Below are positions 11,184 to 20,343 of a DNA stretch of 63,565 nucleotides, in pieces. Every line of letters starts with the position of its first letter. The stretch's first letter is position 1. The stretch is from Isoptericola sp. GTDB taxonomy: Bacteria; Actinomycetota; Actinomycetes; Actinomycetales; Cellulomonadaceae. The notes beneath the pieces are model-generated. The model searched no databases. It saw only the letters and a program-made list of their open reading frames with translations, and was not told the DNA's origin. A program made the translations under genes and the position numbers. Where the stretch lies: assembly GCA_031181105.1 (NCBI GenBank), contig JAPSLD010000001.1, forward strand, positions 1 through 63,565, in the 5' to 3' direction.

Positions 11184-11589
11184 GCGACGCGACGCGTCGC
11201 ACCCGGGTGCCGGTGCGCACCGCGCGGGGAATCTCCGCGACCCGCTCGACCTCGTCGAGCACGCGGGCGACGTCGTCGGGCGAGGCGGGGGAGTCCACCT
11301 CGACGGCGTACTCGATGCCGGTCGAGGACCACGTGCCGGTGTCGTAGCCCCCGCGGGCGTGGACCCGCGCCCCGTCGACGACCACCCCGAGCGCCTCGGC
11401 CTCCCGGTAGACGTCGTTGAGCACGCACCCCGCGACCGCGAGATGCAGCAGGTGGGCACCCGTGAACGCGGCCTCCACGGTCACGCCCGCGCGCGTCCAG
11501 CGGTGGGGCAGCGTCGGCACGCTCGGCGACGGGGACCGCAGCGTCCCCGCACCTACCGTGACCTCGAAGCCCTCGGCCACGTCGCTCAC
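11176..11589 (-). CDS. OsmC-like protein
   Basis: [16 protein letters not shown] resembles the OsmC/Ohr Cys helix; typical size. Confidence 0.6.
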   Translation of the reverse strand: MSDVAEGFEVTVGAGTLRSPSPSVPTLPHRWTRAGVTVEAAFTGAHLLHLAVAGCVLNDVYREAEALGVVVDGARVHARGGYDTGTWSSTGIEYAVEVDSPASPDDVARVLDEVERVAEIPRAVRTGTRVRRVASLS

Positions 11590-11684
11590 AGGAATAGGAT
11601 CGCACCGCGTCCCGTTGACGCACTAGGATGGGGAACACCGGCGCGCGAGCGTCGGTGCGACTCACACAGATTGACAACACCACA

Positions 11685-12053
11685 GGGGCTGATCGGTTTC
11701 GACGGTGGTCGTGCTTCCAGGGGAAGCGGGCCGAGGATGCAGGCTCATCTCGTTAACGCATTGCCTGCAAACCTATAGGTGCCGATAACAAGCGCACCGA
11801 CTTCGCCCTCGCCGCCTGAGCGAGCTGCGTAGTCCGTCGGCCCGGGGATGCTCTCGCCTCGGTTAGCCGGCGTCAACTAGAGAGCCACTGCTCGTAGTCC
11901 TCGTCATCGGGGCTACGGGGACACCTAGATGACTGGGCCCGTCCGCACCTTGTCTGCGTGAGTGCGGGGGCCGAGAAAATCACAGCAGACTGCGCCCGGA
12001 GAAGCCCTGGAAAAGCGCCACCGGACCCGGGTTCGATTCCCGGCAGCTCCACC
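11685..12053 (+). ncRNA. ssrA: tmRNA; tag peptide ADNKRTDFALAA* at 11781-11819
   Basis: 5' GGGGCTGATCGGTTTCGAC; 3' T-arm CCGGGTTCGATTCCCGGCAGCTCCACC; canonical ALAA tag; next to smpB. Confidence 0.97.
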
Positions 12054-12056
12054 GAC
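12051..12056 (+). repeat. Left copy of direct repeat ACCGAC (putative target-site duplication)
   Basis: Identical ACCGAC at 41286-41291; both copies abut the inverted repeats. Confidence 0.75.
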
Positions 12057-12215
12057 GGCCTCCTCACGAAATACCTGGTCGCGAGGTTACGAAACCCCGT
12101 GACCAGGGGGTTGAGGTGGTCAACGACCGTGCGAGGTCGTCGAGATCGGTGTCGGACACTCTCAGTTGGGGGTTTCGACACCGATCAGGCGCTTCTCGTC
12201 CCCTGTGTAGACACG

Positions 12216-12260
12216 ACGGCCACCCCTTCACCAGCACGGTGAGGGGGTGGCCGTTTGTGT
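12216..12260 (+). terminator. Intrinsic terminator inside element left end (may serve both ssrA and the convergent transposase)
   Basis: ACGGCCACCCCTTCACC-agcac-GGTGAGGGGGTGGCCGT followed by TTGTGT. Confidence 0.7.
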
Positions 12261-12279
12261 GTTCAGTTCGGGGAGCGTG

Positions 12280-14086
12280 CTACGCGGCGCGTTTGTCGGG
12301 CGGGTGCTCTGTGGGCACGGCCTCGACGATGATGGGCAGGAAGTTGTGGAGGTTCTCAGCGGCGAGCGGCCGGCGTCGGCCCTTGGTTCTGCTCGTGGGT
12401 GAGGCCTGACGGATGGCCCAGGCGACCAGTTTGCGCAGGTTTGCTGAGAAGACCATCAGGGCGACGATGAGGGCCTGGCGCGCGTAGCCGCGTACCCGGC
12501 GCCGGTCCGGGTCTTCGAGGGCTTCCTTGTTGCCGTTCTTGATGAAGTCGTTGTAGCTCTCGATGACGGCGCGGGCGTGCCCGTAGTGCCGATACCACTT
12601 CTCGGACCTGAACGGGTACTTCTGGATGTACTTGGCGACCTTGGCCGTCCCCCTCGGCATGGTCACGCTTGCCTGCGTGCAGATGGTGTCGGGCTGCGAC
12701 ACGGGTAGTCCGTCGCGGTCCAGCGGTCCGTTGACGGGGAAGAGCGGAAGCTGGCGACGGCCGTCGTTTTTCGGCAGCGGGCACAGGTCGCATGCCAAGG
12801 TGGGCTTGCGTCCACGTGCCGGGCAGGAGTACCGGTCCATGCCGTCGCTCCTGCCGACCTCCTTGGGGATGAGCCGGAACCTCTCGCGAAGGCCGAGCGC
12901 CTTCTGGTAAGTGGTCTCCGCCTCAGTTTTCGCGGCTTCCTTGGCTGCGCCCCGTTTCATGTTGCTGGCCTTGTCCATGGCCTTGCGGTGAGTTATGGAC
13001 GCGTTTCGAAGGTGGAGCGGCATCGATGCTGAGTACCACGTGCCGTCGACGAGGATTGCCCCGTTCAGTTCGGCCTGGAGCCCCATCTGGTTGACCTTCA
13101 AGTCGGAGCAGAACTCCCAACCGAGGGCGAGTGCGGGTCTCTGGAGGACGTCTTCGTCGCTACTGGGTAGGTAGGCGCGGTCTCCGACGAGGATGCCGGT
13201 GGGGAACCCGCGCTCTGCGAGTGACCGTAGGCAGGTGATGGCGTTGGTGCCGGGTGCGCCGGGCTTGTCGAGCGCGTAGGCCGTGACGAGGTAGGGGAAG
13301 TCGTCGTCCTGCTCCCGGCGGGTACCGTCGCCCGTCATGACCACGAGGTGGGCCTCGTAGCCCCACGTCTGGCCGTCCCGGTAGAGGCCTGCCATCGCCT
13401 CGGGGCTTGTTCTTGCCTCGGGGTCGTCGGGGAAGATGGCGCGCTGGTCTGTGTGCTGGCCTCGGACGGGCATCATCGTCGCGTCGATGCAGACGTGGCC
13501 CTTGTATGCCTTCTTCGCCGAGGCGGGCATCAGGTCGTAGGACGCCTGGAGAATCTTGCCGATGAAGGTGTTCAGGCGCTTCATGCGTGCGGCGATGAAG
13601 TCGTCGCTGAGCTTGGCGAGAGCCTCGTCTACCTCTCTGCGGGTGCTCGTCGTGGCACCGGAGATTGTCGGGTAGGGATTGAGCGGTGCCGCGAGTCGAG
13701 CGCCGGCGCGTGCGGCCCGATGGAACCAGATGTCCTTGTCGGCGTCGTCGTCGGGGATGCCGAGCAGGTCCTTGCTGGCGACGTCGAGCGCCGCGAAACG
13801 CCTCCGCGACGTTGACCAAGGCGGGGCTTTGCTCGGTCATGATGAGGCAGGCCTGGACGACCAGGAACGCGGCATCGCTGATGAGGGCGGGGCGCCCGGC
13901 GGGTTCCTTGTCCTGTGCACGGTAGTTGGCTAGGTCTTGGAAGATGCCGGTCTGCTCGAAGGCGCGGTAGACGGACCAGACGAGGGAGTGCTTGAGGCTG
14001 CTCTTGTTGGTGGTGACCTTGCCGTTCTCCAGGCCCAGGAGGCTGGACAGGATGTAGCTGAGTTCCTCTTCAGGCGTTGCGGTCAT
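12280..14086 (-). pseudogene. Large IS4/IS1182-like DDE transposase (~600 aa), single frameshift near 13790
   Basis: MTATPEEE...AEAFRG joins LDVASKDLLGI...MKRLNTF after a frame change (span 1807 = 3n+1); CIDAT, GDRAY, R-x3-E-x6-K (RAVIESYNDFIK); Cys-rich insertion. Confidence 0.75.
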
Positions 14087-15012
14087 CGCAGGACGCCGTT
14101 CGTGCGCAGGTCGTTGCGAGCGTCGTCGAGGTTGGTGACGCCGGGGACGAAGGGTAGGAACCGGAAGAGGGCCTTCATGTCCTGGACGCCAGCGATGCGT
14201 ACGAGCTCGTCGATGGGTGTCCGGGCGGAGAGATGGGTCACCAGCCAGGTGGCCCGCATGCGCCGCAGTGTCGGACGGACCTTGGTCGCGGTTCGCTCGA
14301 CGAACAGGTCGATGAGGTTCTTGTTGTCGCGTGCTTGCCCGCCCGGGCGAAACGCGTACTCGTGCGCCTCGTGCTTGCGCACGAGCATCTCCAGCGGTTG
14401 CGTCCACTCGGGAAGAACAGAGACAAGGCGAGGACACTCACCCGCGGTGATGCGGAGCACGCTGCTGTGGTTCGGCTCGACGAGGACGTCGCCGACCGTG
14501 AGCCAGGCGAGCTCGACGTTCTTCACCCCGGCGCCGAGTCCTGCCGAGAGTAGGACGGAAGCGTTGTGCCGTCGGTACGAACTGTCCTGGTTTGCGGCCC
14601 AGTTGACGAGTGTGGTCACTTCGCGACCCGTGTAGGGCCGGGACGGGTTCGACCGGGGCCATGAGGCCAGGCCGCCCTCTGGGACGTAGACGTCGTGTCT
14701 GCGGGCCAACTCGACCAGCGTCGTTCGATAGGTGCCCCTCGTGGCCGGCGCGACATCGTTGAGTTCCGTCTGAACGAAGAGGTTGATGAGCCGGTAGTCG
14801 AAGAGCTTGTGGACGTCCATCGGTAGTTGCGCGTCGTTGACTGCCCAGTCGACGAACCGACTAGTGATGTGCATGTACCGCAGGGTCGTTCGGGGCGTCG
14901 CGAGCGGTGCGGCCTCGCGCACGACGTCGGCGACGAACTCCCGCACCGACTCCCAGCGGTCGGCTGGAAGGCGTGCGGGGTGGAACGTGTCGGTCACGTC
15001 GCTGGCAGGCAT
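14083..15012 (-). CDS. Tyrosine-recombinase-fold protein lacking catalytic residues
   Basis: Box I GLGAGVKNVELAWLTVGDV (R to K), box II RRMRATWL (no His), C-terminal AGVQDMKALFRF (Tyr to Phe); ATGA overlap with transposase. Confidence 0.7.
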   Translation of the reverse strand: MPASDVTDTFHPARLPADRWESVREFVADVVREAAPLATPRTTLRYMHITSRFVDWAVNDAQLPMDVHKLFDYRLINLFVQTELNDVAPATRGTYRTTLVELARRHDVYVPEGGLASWPRSNPSRPYTGREVTTLVNWAANQDSSYRRHNASVLLSAGLGAGVKNVELAWLTVGDVLVEPNHSSVLRITAGECPRLVSVLPEWTQPLEMLVRKHEAHEYAFRPGGQARDNKNLIDLFVERTATKVRPTLRRMRATWLVTHLSARTPIDELVRIAGVQDMKALFRFLPFVPGVTNLDDARNDLRTNGVLR

Positions 15013-15084
15013 GTGCATATTTCTATACGCGAAGAGGCCGGTGTGGCAAAACGCCGGGGTCGCGTCTCCAGGTACTGTGGCCCC

Positions 15085-15393
15085 GTGCCCAGACCGAGGC
15101 GCGAGCCGCCCCGAGCGTTCGCCGAGAACTGGCCCGAGCAGCCCGTCGGGGACTCGACTGCCGAGGCTGCTCGGCTCGTTGCCATGCGGCTGCGCCAGGC
15201 CATCGCAGGCCGGCCGTTGCGTCAGGTCGAGGCCATCACCGGGGTACATAACACGACCATTGGCGTCGTTCTGCGCGGTGATGCTTGGCCCGACATCTTC
15301 ACGCTGGCAAAGCTCGAACTTGGCCTCGGCGTCGACCTGTGGCCTGTCCGGTCGGGGGTCGTCGTGAGACGACGCTCCGACGGCGGCGACTGA
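15085..15393 (+). CDS. XRE-like HTH regulator, divergent from the mobility operon
   Basis: LRQVEAITGVHNTTIGVVLRGDAWPDIFTLAKLE; TACTGT -10 before GTG. Confidence 0.7.
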   Translation: MPRPRREPPRAFAENWPEQPVGDSTAEAARLVAMRLRQAIAGRPLRQVEAITGVHNTTIGVVLRGDAWPDIFTLAKLELGLGVDLWPVRSGVVVRRRSDGGD

Positions 15394-15573
15394 GGTGCGA
15401 TTCGTTCCCGCGGTGCGGGGCTTGCGGTTGCTCATGCTCGGCGCTATGCGGAACCATTCCCGGTCCGTCGAGCGGGTTTGACGGCAGAGTTCTGCGTGGA
15501 ACAGCAGACTCGTCGGGACGGCGCGCAGGGTTGTGCGTAGCGAACGTCACATCCGCGAGGGATCCTGGGTTGT

Positions 15574-15930
15574 ATGGCGCAACGCTGGGAGCCCAGTTTC
15601 GTCCCGCGCCTGTTGGCGGACGACCCGCCGCAATTTGGGTGGGATCGCGCGCTCAACTTCGGGTCAGGACCGAGGCGGCCAAGAGGCGCTGACGATAGAC
15701 GCGCCGAGCACCAACGAGCGGCTGCGAAGTTCCAGCACGAGTTCGTAATCGAGGCACGCAGTCAGCTGCGGCGGCTCCACAAGAGCCGGACCTGGCTCGC
15801 AGATCAAACAGGTCTGGACTACACGCGTATCGGCCGCATCTTCTCCGGGCAGGTGCCGATGCGCCTCACTGACCTGGCGCCGATCGCCGCAGCACTCAGC
15901 CTGACCTCCGAGTGGGCACGCGAACGATGA
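15574..15930 (+). CDS. XRE-like HTH protein
   Basis: SRTWLADQTGLDYTRIGRIFSGQVPMRLTDL. Confidence 0.65.
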   Translation: MAQRWEPSFVPRLLADDPPQFGWDRALNFGSGPRRPRGADDRRAEHQRAAAKFQHEFVIEARSQLRRLHKSRTWLADQTGLDYTRIGRIFSGQVPMRLTDLAPIAAALSLTSEWARER

Positions 15931-16002
15931 TCGCCAAAACTGCTGGCGGCGTCCGCGTGCAGCTGGCTGTACAGCGGGCGGATTCCGGGGTTCGATACGG
16001 CG

Positions 16003-16188
16003 GTGAAGAGGACCGTGACGAAGACCTACAGCGACATTTCCGGAGAGGCCGACGCTGCGACAGTGCGCTTCTCCTTCGAGAAGGCGCAGTACGAGATCGA
16101 CCTGACTCGGGCGGACCGTGAGGAGTTCGTGCGGGCTATCGCTGGCTACACCGCGAAGGGCCGCAAGGTTCGCCGACGCGGGGACTGA
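16003..16188 (+). CDS. Lsr2 N-terminal oligomerisation domain only (61 aa)
   Basis: SDISGE...TVRFSFEKAQYEIDLT aligns with SDLSGE...TVIFGVNGTQYELELT of the Lsr2 at 25199; no RGR domain. Confidence 0.7.
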   Translation: MKRTVTKTYSDISGEADAATVRFSFEKAQYEIDLTRADREEFVRAIAGYTAKGRKVRRRGD

Positions 16189-16203
16189 CGCCGCGCGCGT
16201 TGT

Positions 16204-16941
16204 TCACCGAGCAGCGCTGGACTTCTCGGCCGCTTCGCGCGTCCAGATGTCGTACACGTCGGGGCGGAACGGGTAGTGGTGGATTCGTTTGCGCTTTCCA
16301 CCACTGATCTCGACGACGAGTGCGCGGAGAACTTCGGCCGTTGGGCCATGCCAGCCTTCCCGCAGTGCCCAAGCGTAGATGTCATCCGCCACGAGGCCGT
16401 GGCCGCGCTTGCGCAACTCGGTCAGGGTGGCGATGGCAGCGTCGGAGTCGTCGTATGAGGCGAGTGCGTTGTTCTGGTTGACGTGTGTCGTGAGGTGGCC
16501 GAGGGCGACGGCCACTGTCTGGTCGGCCAGATCCGCCGTCTCGAACGTGCGATTCCCGCCGAGGATGGTGGGTTGAGCGCCTCGGGCCCAGGGCGTCGTC
16601 GCCTCGTGGTTCCACTCGATGACGCAGATGGCTCTGGCGCGACTGTCGGTCGCGATGCGGGCAAGGCCTTGCCGGTCGGGCCACAGTACGAGGGCGACGC
16701 CGCCTGACCAGTGAAGCGCGCTGTCTCGCGACGACGCGGTGACGACGCCATGGAGTCCAGCGACCTGCCGAAGGGCTGAGTGCTGGTAAGGAATCTCTCG
16801 GCGGGGAGAGAAGAGCAGCAACTCGCCCTCGACTTCGCGGAGCCGCGCTGTGCTCCACTCAAGCGCGAGCTGGTCGGCGACCTCGTCACCGTTATCCCGA
16901 ACAACCAAGGCGGCGGGGATGTCACGGGGCTTCTCGAACAT
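16204..16941 (-). CDS. Hypothetical protein
   Basis: Non-repetitive 245-aa ORF; TAGGTT -10 before ATG. Confidence 0.6.
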   Translation of the reverse strand: MFEKPRDIPAALVVRDNGDEVADQLALEWSTARLREVEGELLLFSPRREIPYQHSALRQVAGLHGVVTASSRDSALHWSGGVALVLWPDRQGLARIATDSRARAICVIEWNHEATTPWARGAQPTILGGNRTFETADLADQTVAVALGHLTTHVNQNNALASYDDSDAAIATLTELRKRGHGLVADDIYAWALREGWHGPTAEVLRALVVEISGGKRKRIHHYPFRPDVYDIWTREAAEKSSAAR

Positions 16942-16982
16942 GACGGTGAACCTAGACGCACCATCTGACACAGAAGCTGCGT

Positions 16983-16998
16983 TCGAACGCCTGTACGA
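16983..16998 (+). promoter_or_regulatory. Putative LexA (SOS) box overlapping a -10 element
   Basis: TCGAACgcctGTACGA, one mismatch to actinobacterial TCGAAC-N4-GTTCGA; TACGAT at 16994-16999. Confidence 0.55.
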
Positions 16999-17005
16999 TC
17001 ACGGG

Positions 17006-17344
17006 GTGACAGGCGAAGGGCGGCGTCGTGAGTCGACACCACAGCAGCCGCTACCTGCGCACGCGTACTGGCCGTCGCTAGAGCCACTCAACGCCGACAT
17101 GCCACCCTCGGTTCCGACGCGCCCCCAAGGGAACGTGCCGGTGATCGCCAGGCTGGTGTGGGCAACGCACGAGGAGCTTCTTCCCGCGCGGGCGATTCGT
17201 TGGACCCGTACCCATGTGGTGGTCATGGTGCCCGCACCCGGCGGCCCCTCGAATGCGCGCGAGCTCCTAGTGTGGTTACGCGCCATGGACGTGCACCGCA
17301 CCATTCCCGCGAGGTCGAAGCCCTCTCGTCAACCGCTCGGCTGA
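17006..17344 (+). CDS. Small hypothetical protein, probably SOS-regulated and leaderless
   Basis: GTG 6 nt after TACGAT; beta-rich VPVIARLVW...AIRWTRTHVVV...VWLRAMDV. Confidence 0.5.
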   Translation: MTGEGRRRESTPQQPLPAHAYWPSLEPLNADMPPSVPTRPQGNVPVIARLVWATHEELLPARAIRWTRTHVVVMVPAPGGPSNARELLVWLRAMDVHRTIPARSKPSRQPLG

Positions 17345-17382
17345 GTGCTTCCAGCGCCGTCTTCAAATCTAGGGTCATGACA

Positions 17383-18033
17383 ATGTGGGTGGAGCAGGTG
17401 TCGGCGTGGTCGACGTTGGCGACGGCCGTCTTCACCGCGGCGCTCGCGGCGATGGCGTTCTTCGCCTGGCGGACTGCGAAGGCGACGCTCGACGCATCCC
17501 GACGCGCCAGCGAGGCGGCTGAGGCGGCAAACGAGCAGGCACGGCGAGACAGCATCGAACAGACGCGCCCGTACGTCTACGTCGAGGTCATCCCAGGGCT
17601 GTGGGGCGTCGGAGCCTACGACGTCCGCATCTCTAACTCCGGAAGGTCCACGGCTCGCCAGGTCACTCTGGAATTCGACTCGTGGCCGGAGGCGCCGGAC
17701 GACATCGCGCAGGAGGTGCAGAGGCTCTTCGCGACGCCGCGAACGCTGCCGCCCGGAACAACCCTGCGGGCGATCTGGCGGATCGAAGGCCACCTCGCCG
17801 ACGGGACGCGAGAGGCAGGGATGGGTACCGACGGTCAGATTGCCGTCAGTTACACGAGCGATGACCCCTCGCAGCCCTCCTACAGCGACGTGTTCGACGT
17901 GATGATCAGCAACTCTGGACTCTGGCCTGTGGCAGAAGAAGGACCGACAGCCGACGATCTGAAGGGCGATATCCGCAAGTTCTACCGACTGGGACAGGTG
18001 CTGGTTCGACGCGTGGGTGAACTCGGCCGCTGA
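17383..18033 (+). CDS. Membrane-anchored hypothetical protein (TM, helix, beta-rich domain)
   Basis: N-terminal TM; RPYVYVE, ISNSGRSTARQV; similar to 25618-26238. Confidence 0.65.
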   Translation: MWVEQVSAWSTLATAVFTAALAAMAFFAWRTAKATLDASRRASEAAEAANEQARRDSIEQTRPYVYVEVIPGLWGVGAYDVRISNSGRSTARQVTLEFDSWPEAPDDIAQEVQRLFATPRTLPPGTTLRAIWRIEGHLADGTREAGMGTDGQIAVSYTSDDPSQPSYSDVFDVMISNSGLWPVAEEGPTADDLKGDIRKFYRLGQVLVRRVGELGR

Positions 18034-18087
18034 CCCCGTAGCCCCGCGTGCGGTCGCACCAGAGGTCCGATTGGTTACGTTGCAGGC

Positions 18088-18900
18088 ATGAACGATCCAC
18101 TCATACCCGAGCGATTACTGCGCGCGCTGCGATATGTCGACATGGTCGAGCGTGGGGGTGGGCAGCTCACCGACTCGAAGATCGAGGCGTTCGTCAGCAC
18201 GCCGCCGCCAGAACCGGGCTTCCTGCTGAGCACTGAACGGCGCCTGATGAGGTCGTTCATGTTCGTGCAGACCGAGGGAATCGCCGAGTACATGCGAGAC
18301 CTCGGATGGATCTCGGGACAGCCGCCTCGGCTGACTGACGTCGGTCGCGCAATCGTGAACGCGTCACATCGTGACGACGGCGACCTCGGCCCAGAAGAGC
18401 ACGAAGGTGAAACGGTCGTCCTCTCACCGGAGGACCCGCTCAACCTGCTCAGCCTCACCGGCGCGGTCGGCGCAGCGAAGAGCGGCATGCTTGTCGACCC
18501 CTACTTCAAAGACGACTACGTGCTTTGGCTGCTTGAGTCCACGTCCATCGAACGTCTGCTCCTGTGTCGCGCCAGAAGTGAGCGCTCGCGGCTGGCGCTC
18601 GCAGCAGGTGCTGCGGAGAAGCTCCACCGCAGGATTGAGATCCGCTGCCTTCCGCGTAGCGCCGTGCACGACAGGTACCTCATCAGTGAGGACGGCTCCG
18701 TCTCGATGATTGGAGCCTCCATCAATGGTCTGCACAAGCACTTCACCGTGATTGCGCGGGTGAACGAGCCGGGATCCAGTGCCATCAGAGAGTACGTCGA
18801 GCGGAAGTGGACGGAGGCGGAGAAGATCAAGCCCAAGGCCGACCTTTCCACGTCCCTGACCGTCGCACCCGGAGAGGATCCGGGGGCTACGAATGAGTAG
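18088..18900 (+). CDS. Hypothetical protein with C-terminal PLD-like domain
   Basis: LVDPYF and HDRYLI...IGASINGL resemble PLD-superfamily HDR variants. Confidence 0.55.
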   Translation: MNDPLIPERLLRALRYVDMVERGGGQLTDSKIEAFVSTPPPEPGFLLSTERRLMRSFMFVQTEGIAEYMRDLGWISGQPPRLTDVGRAIVNASHRDDGDLGPEEHEGETVVLSPEDPLNLLSLTGAVGAAKSGMLVDPYFKDDYVLWLLESTSIERLLLCRARSERSRLALAAGAAEKLHRRIEIRCLPRSAVHDRYLISEDGSVSMIGASINGLHKHFTVIARVNEPGSSAIREYVERKWTEAEKIKPKADLSTSLTVAPGEDPGATNE

Positions 18901-19303
18901 CGACGAGTGGCAGCACCTCGTGACGCTCCACGTCCTGGGCTTTCCCGCGTCATTCGCCACCGCCCGGGAGGCAGCCTGGAAACAGGCAGTCGATGCAGCG
19001 TTCGTCGCGTGGGCCGACACAGAGCCAGAGCGAGACCCTGCCGCATGGCGCTACAGCGTCGAGGTCGAGTTCCGCCTCGGACCCTCCCGTCACGCCGGCG
19101 AGGTCTGGGACATCGACAACCTCGTCAAGCCGACGCTGGATGCTATGGCTGCCGTCCTCGGTGCCAGGCGGTGGCGGGGCCGCCCACAGCCCGCCGACGA
19201 CCGCGTCGACAGGCTCGTCGCGTCGAAGCGTCAGCCTCGTGAGGACGAGCGGCCCGGAGCCACCATCGCAGTCTCCGTGCGCTCCGCGGACCTCGGCGAA
19301 TAG
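18893..19303 (+). CDS. RusA-like endonuclease
   Basis: DIDNLVKPTLD and DDRV acidic motifs; 8-bp overlap with upstream gene. Confidence 0.65.
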   Translation: MSSDEWQHLVTLHVLGFPASFATAREAAWKQAVDAAFVAWADTEPERDPAAWRYSVEVEFRLGPSRHAGEVWDIDNLVKPTLDAMAAVLGARRWRGRPQPADDRVDRLVASKRQPREDERPGATIAVSVRSADLGE

Positions 19304-19432
19304 CCCTCAGAACTCCGTCCGGCGACACCAACGATCTCACTTCGGTGGCGGGGCTAATCGGCTAGCGCTTGCCCCATTGAGTTCACGTTGCGTCGTTCGT
19401 TGCGGCTGCCGGGTTCGCCATAGTGTGGGGCC

Positions 19433-20281
19433 GTGCCGCAGACCGACGCCGCGAACTTCGCCCTAACCCTGGGTGACATCCTCAAGGCGGCCGGCGTCGA
19501 GGATCTGCGGTCGGTGCTGGTCATCAGGCACACGTACAACGCTGAGGGCCTGAGCGGGCCGAGCGACCTGACCCCGCAGCGGGTGCTCGAATACACGCGT
19601 GTCCAGTCGGTAAGGGGCAAGTTCCCGGCGGTTCCGCCACCGCTGTGGCTGTTGTTCGTGGCCGACGGCGGGCGAAGCTCACGCTTCCTGTGGGCGTACG
19701 AGAACCATGGCGAGCTGGAAGCCCACCGCGAGGGCGACTGGAGAACGTTCGACCTGCGTCCGTCCGGCTTCATGGACAGCCTGCGGGACCGACTCGTCGT
19801 CGAGTGGTCGAGAGACACCGTCAACTGGGCCAAGTCGGCGGCCACCGCCGCAGCGTTTCCGGTCATGGAGATTGCCGACCCGGCCGTCGTCCCGTTCCCC
19901 GGGTATGACAGGCTCTTCATCGACTACGGCGAGCTGCAGAAGGTCGTCGAGGACCGGCGCTACCGGGACTGGCGGACCGCGCTCGGTGCTGTTCAGGGCA
20001 TCTACCTGATCGCCGACGAGAAGACCGGGAAGCTGTACGTGGGCAAAGCCGACGGCGCCGAGCGAATCCTCGGCAGGTGGACCGCGTACGCCCGCAGCGG
20101 CCACGGAGGCAACGTTGCGCTCCGAGCGGCGGTCGGACTGGACGCCGACCACCCACAGCACTTCAAGTTCAGCATCCTGCGCGTGTTCGGCCCAAACGCG
20201 ACGACCGCCGAGGTTGACCAGGCGGAAGCCCATTACAAGCGCGCACTGCTGTCACGCACTCACGGCTACAACCGCAACTGA
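19433..20281 (+). CDS. GIY-YIG nuclease family protein
   Basis: GIYLIADEKTGKLYVGKADG, RWTAY, EAHYK, GYNRN. Confidence 0.85.
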   Translation: MPQTDAANFALTLGDILKAAGVEDLRSVLVIRHTYNAEGLSGPSDLTPQRVLEYTRVQSVRGKFPAVPPPLWLLFVADGGRSSRFLWAYENHGELEAHREGDWRTFDLRPSGFMDSLRDRLVVEWSRDTVNWAKSAATAAAFPVMEIADPAVVPFPGYDRLFIDYGELQKVVEDRRYRDWRTALGAVQGIYLIADEKTGKLYVGKADGAERILGRWTAYARSGHGGNVALRAAVGLDADHPQHFKFSILRVFGPNATTAEVDQAEAHYKRALLSRTHGYNRN

Positions 20282-20343
20282 GTTCACCGGTTCCAGGTTC
20301 TGCCTGGTCCGGCGCTGTCGGCGGGGACTCTTAGTCTGCGTCT

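Noticed and set aside
12020-12056. Classical integrase attL/attR duplicating the tmRNA T-arm
   Set aside because: No second copy of GTTCGATTCCCGGCAGCT found; only 6-8 bp are repeated
11873-12242. ORFs overlapping ssrA
   Set aside because: Spurious frames across the tmRNA and the element end
15013-15435. N-terminal extension of the 450-aa ORF 14083-15435
   Set aside because: Overlaps the divergent HTH gene; the real start is likely 15012 or 15018
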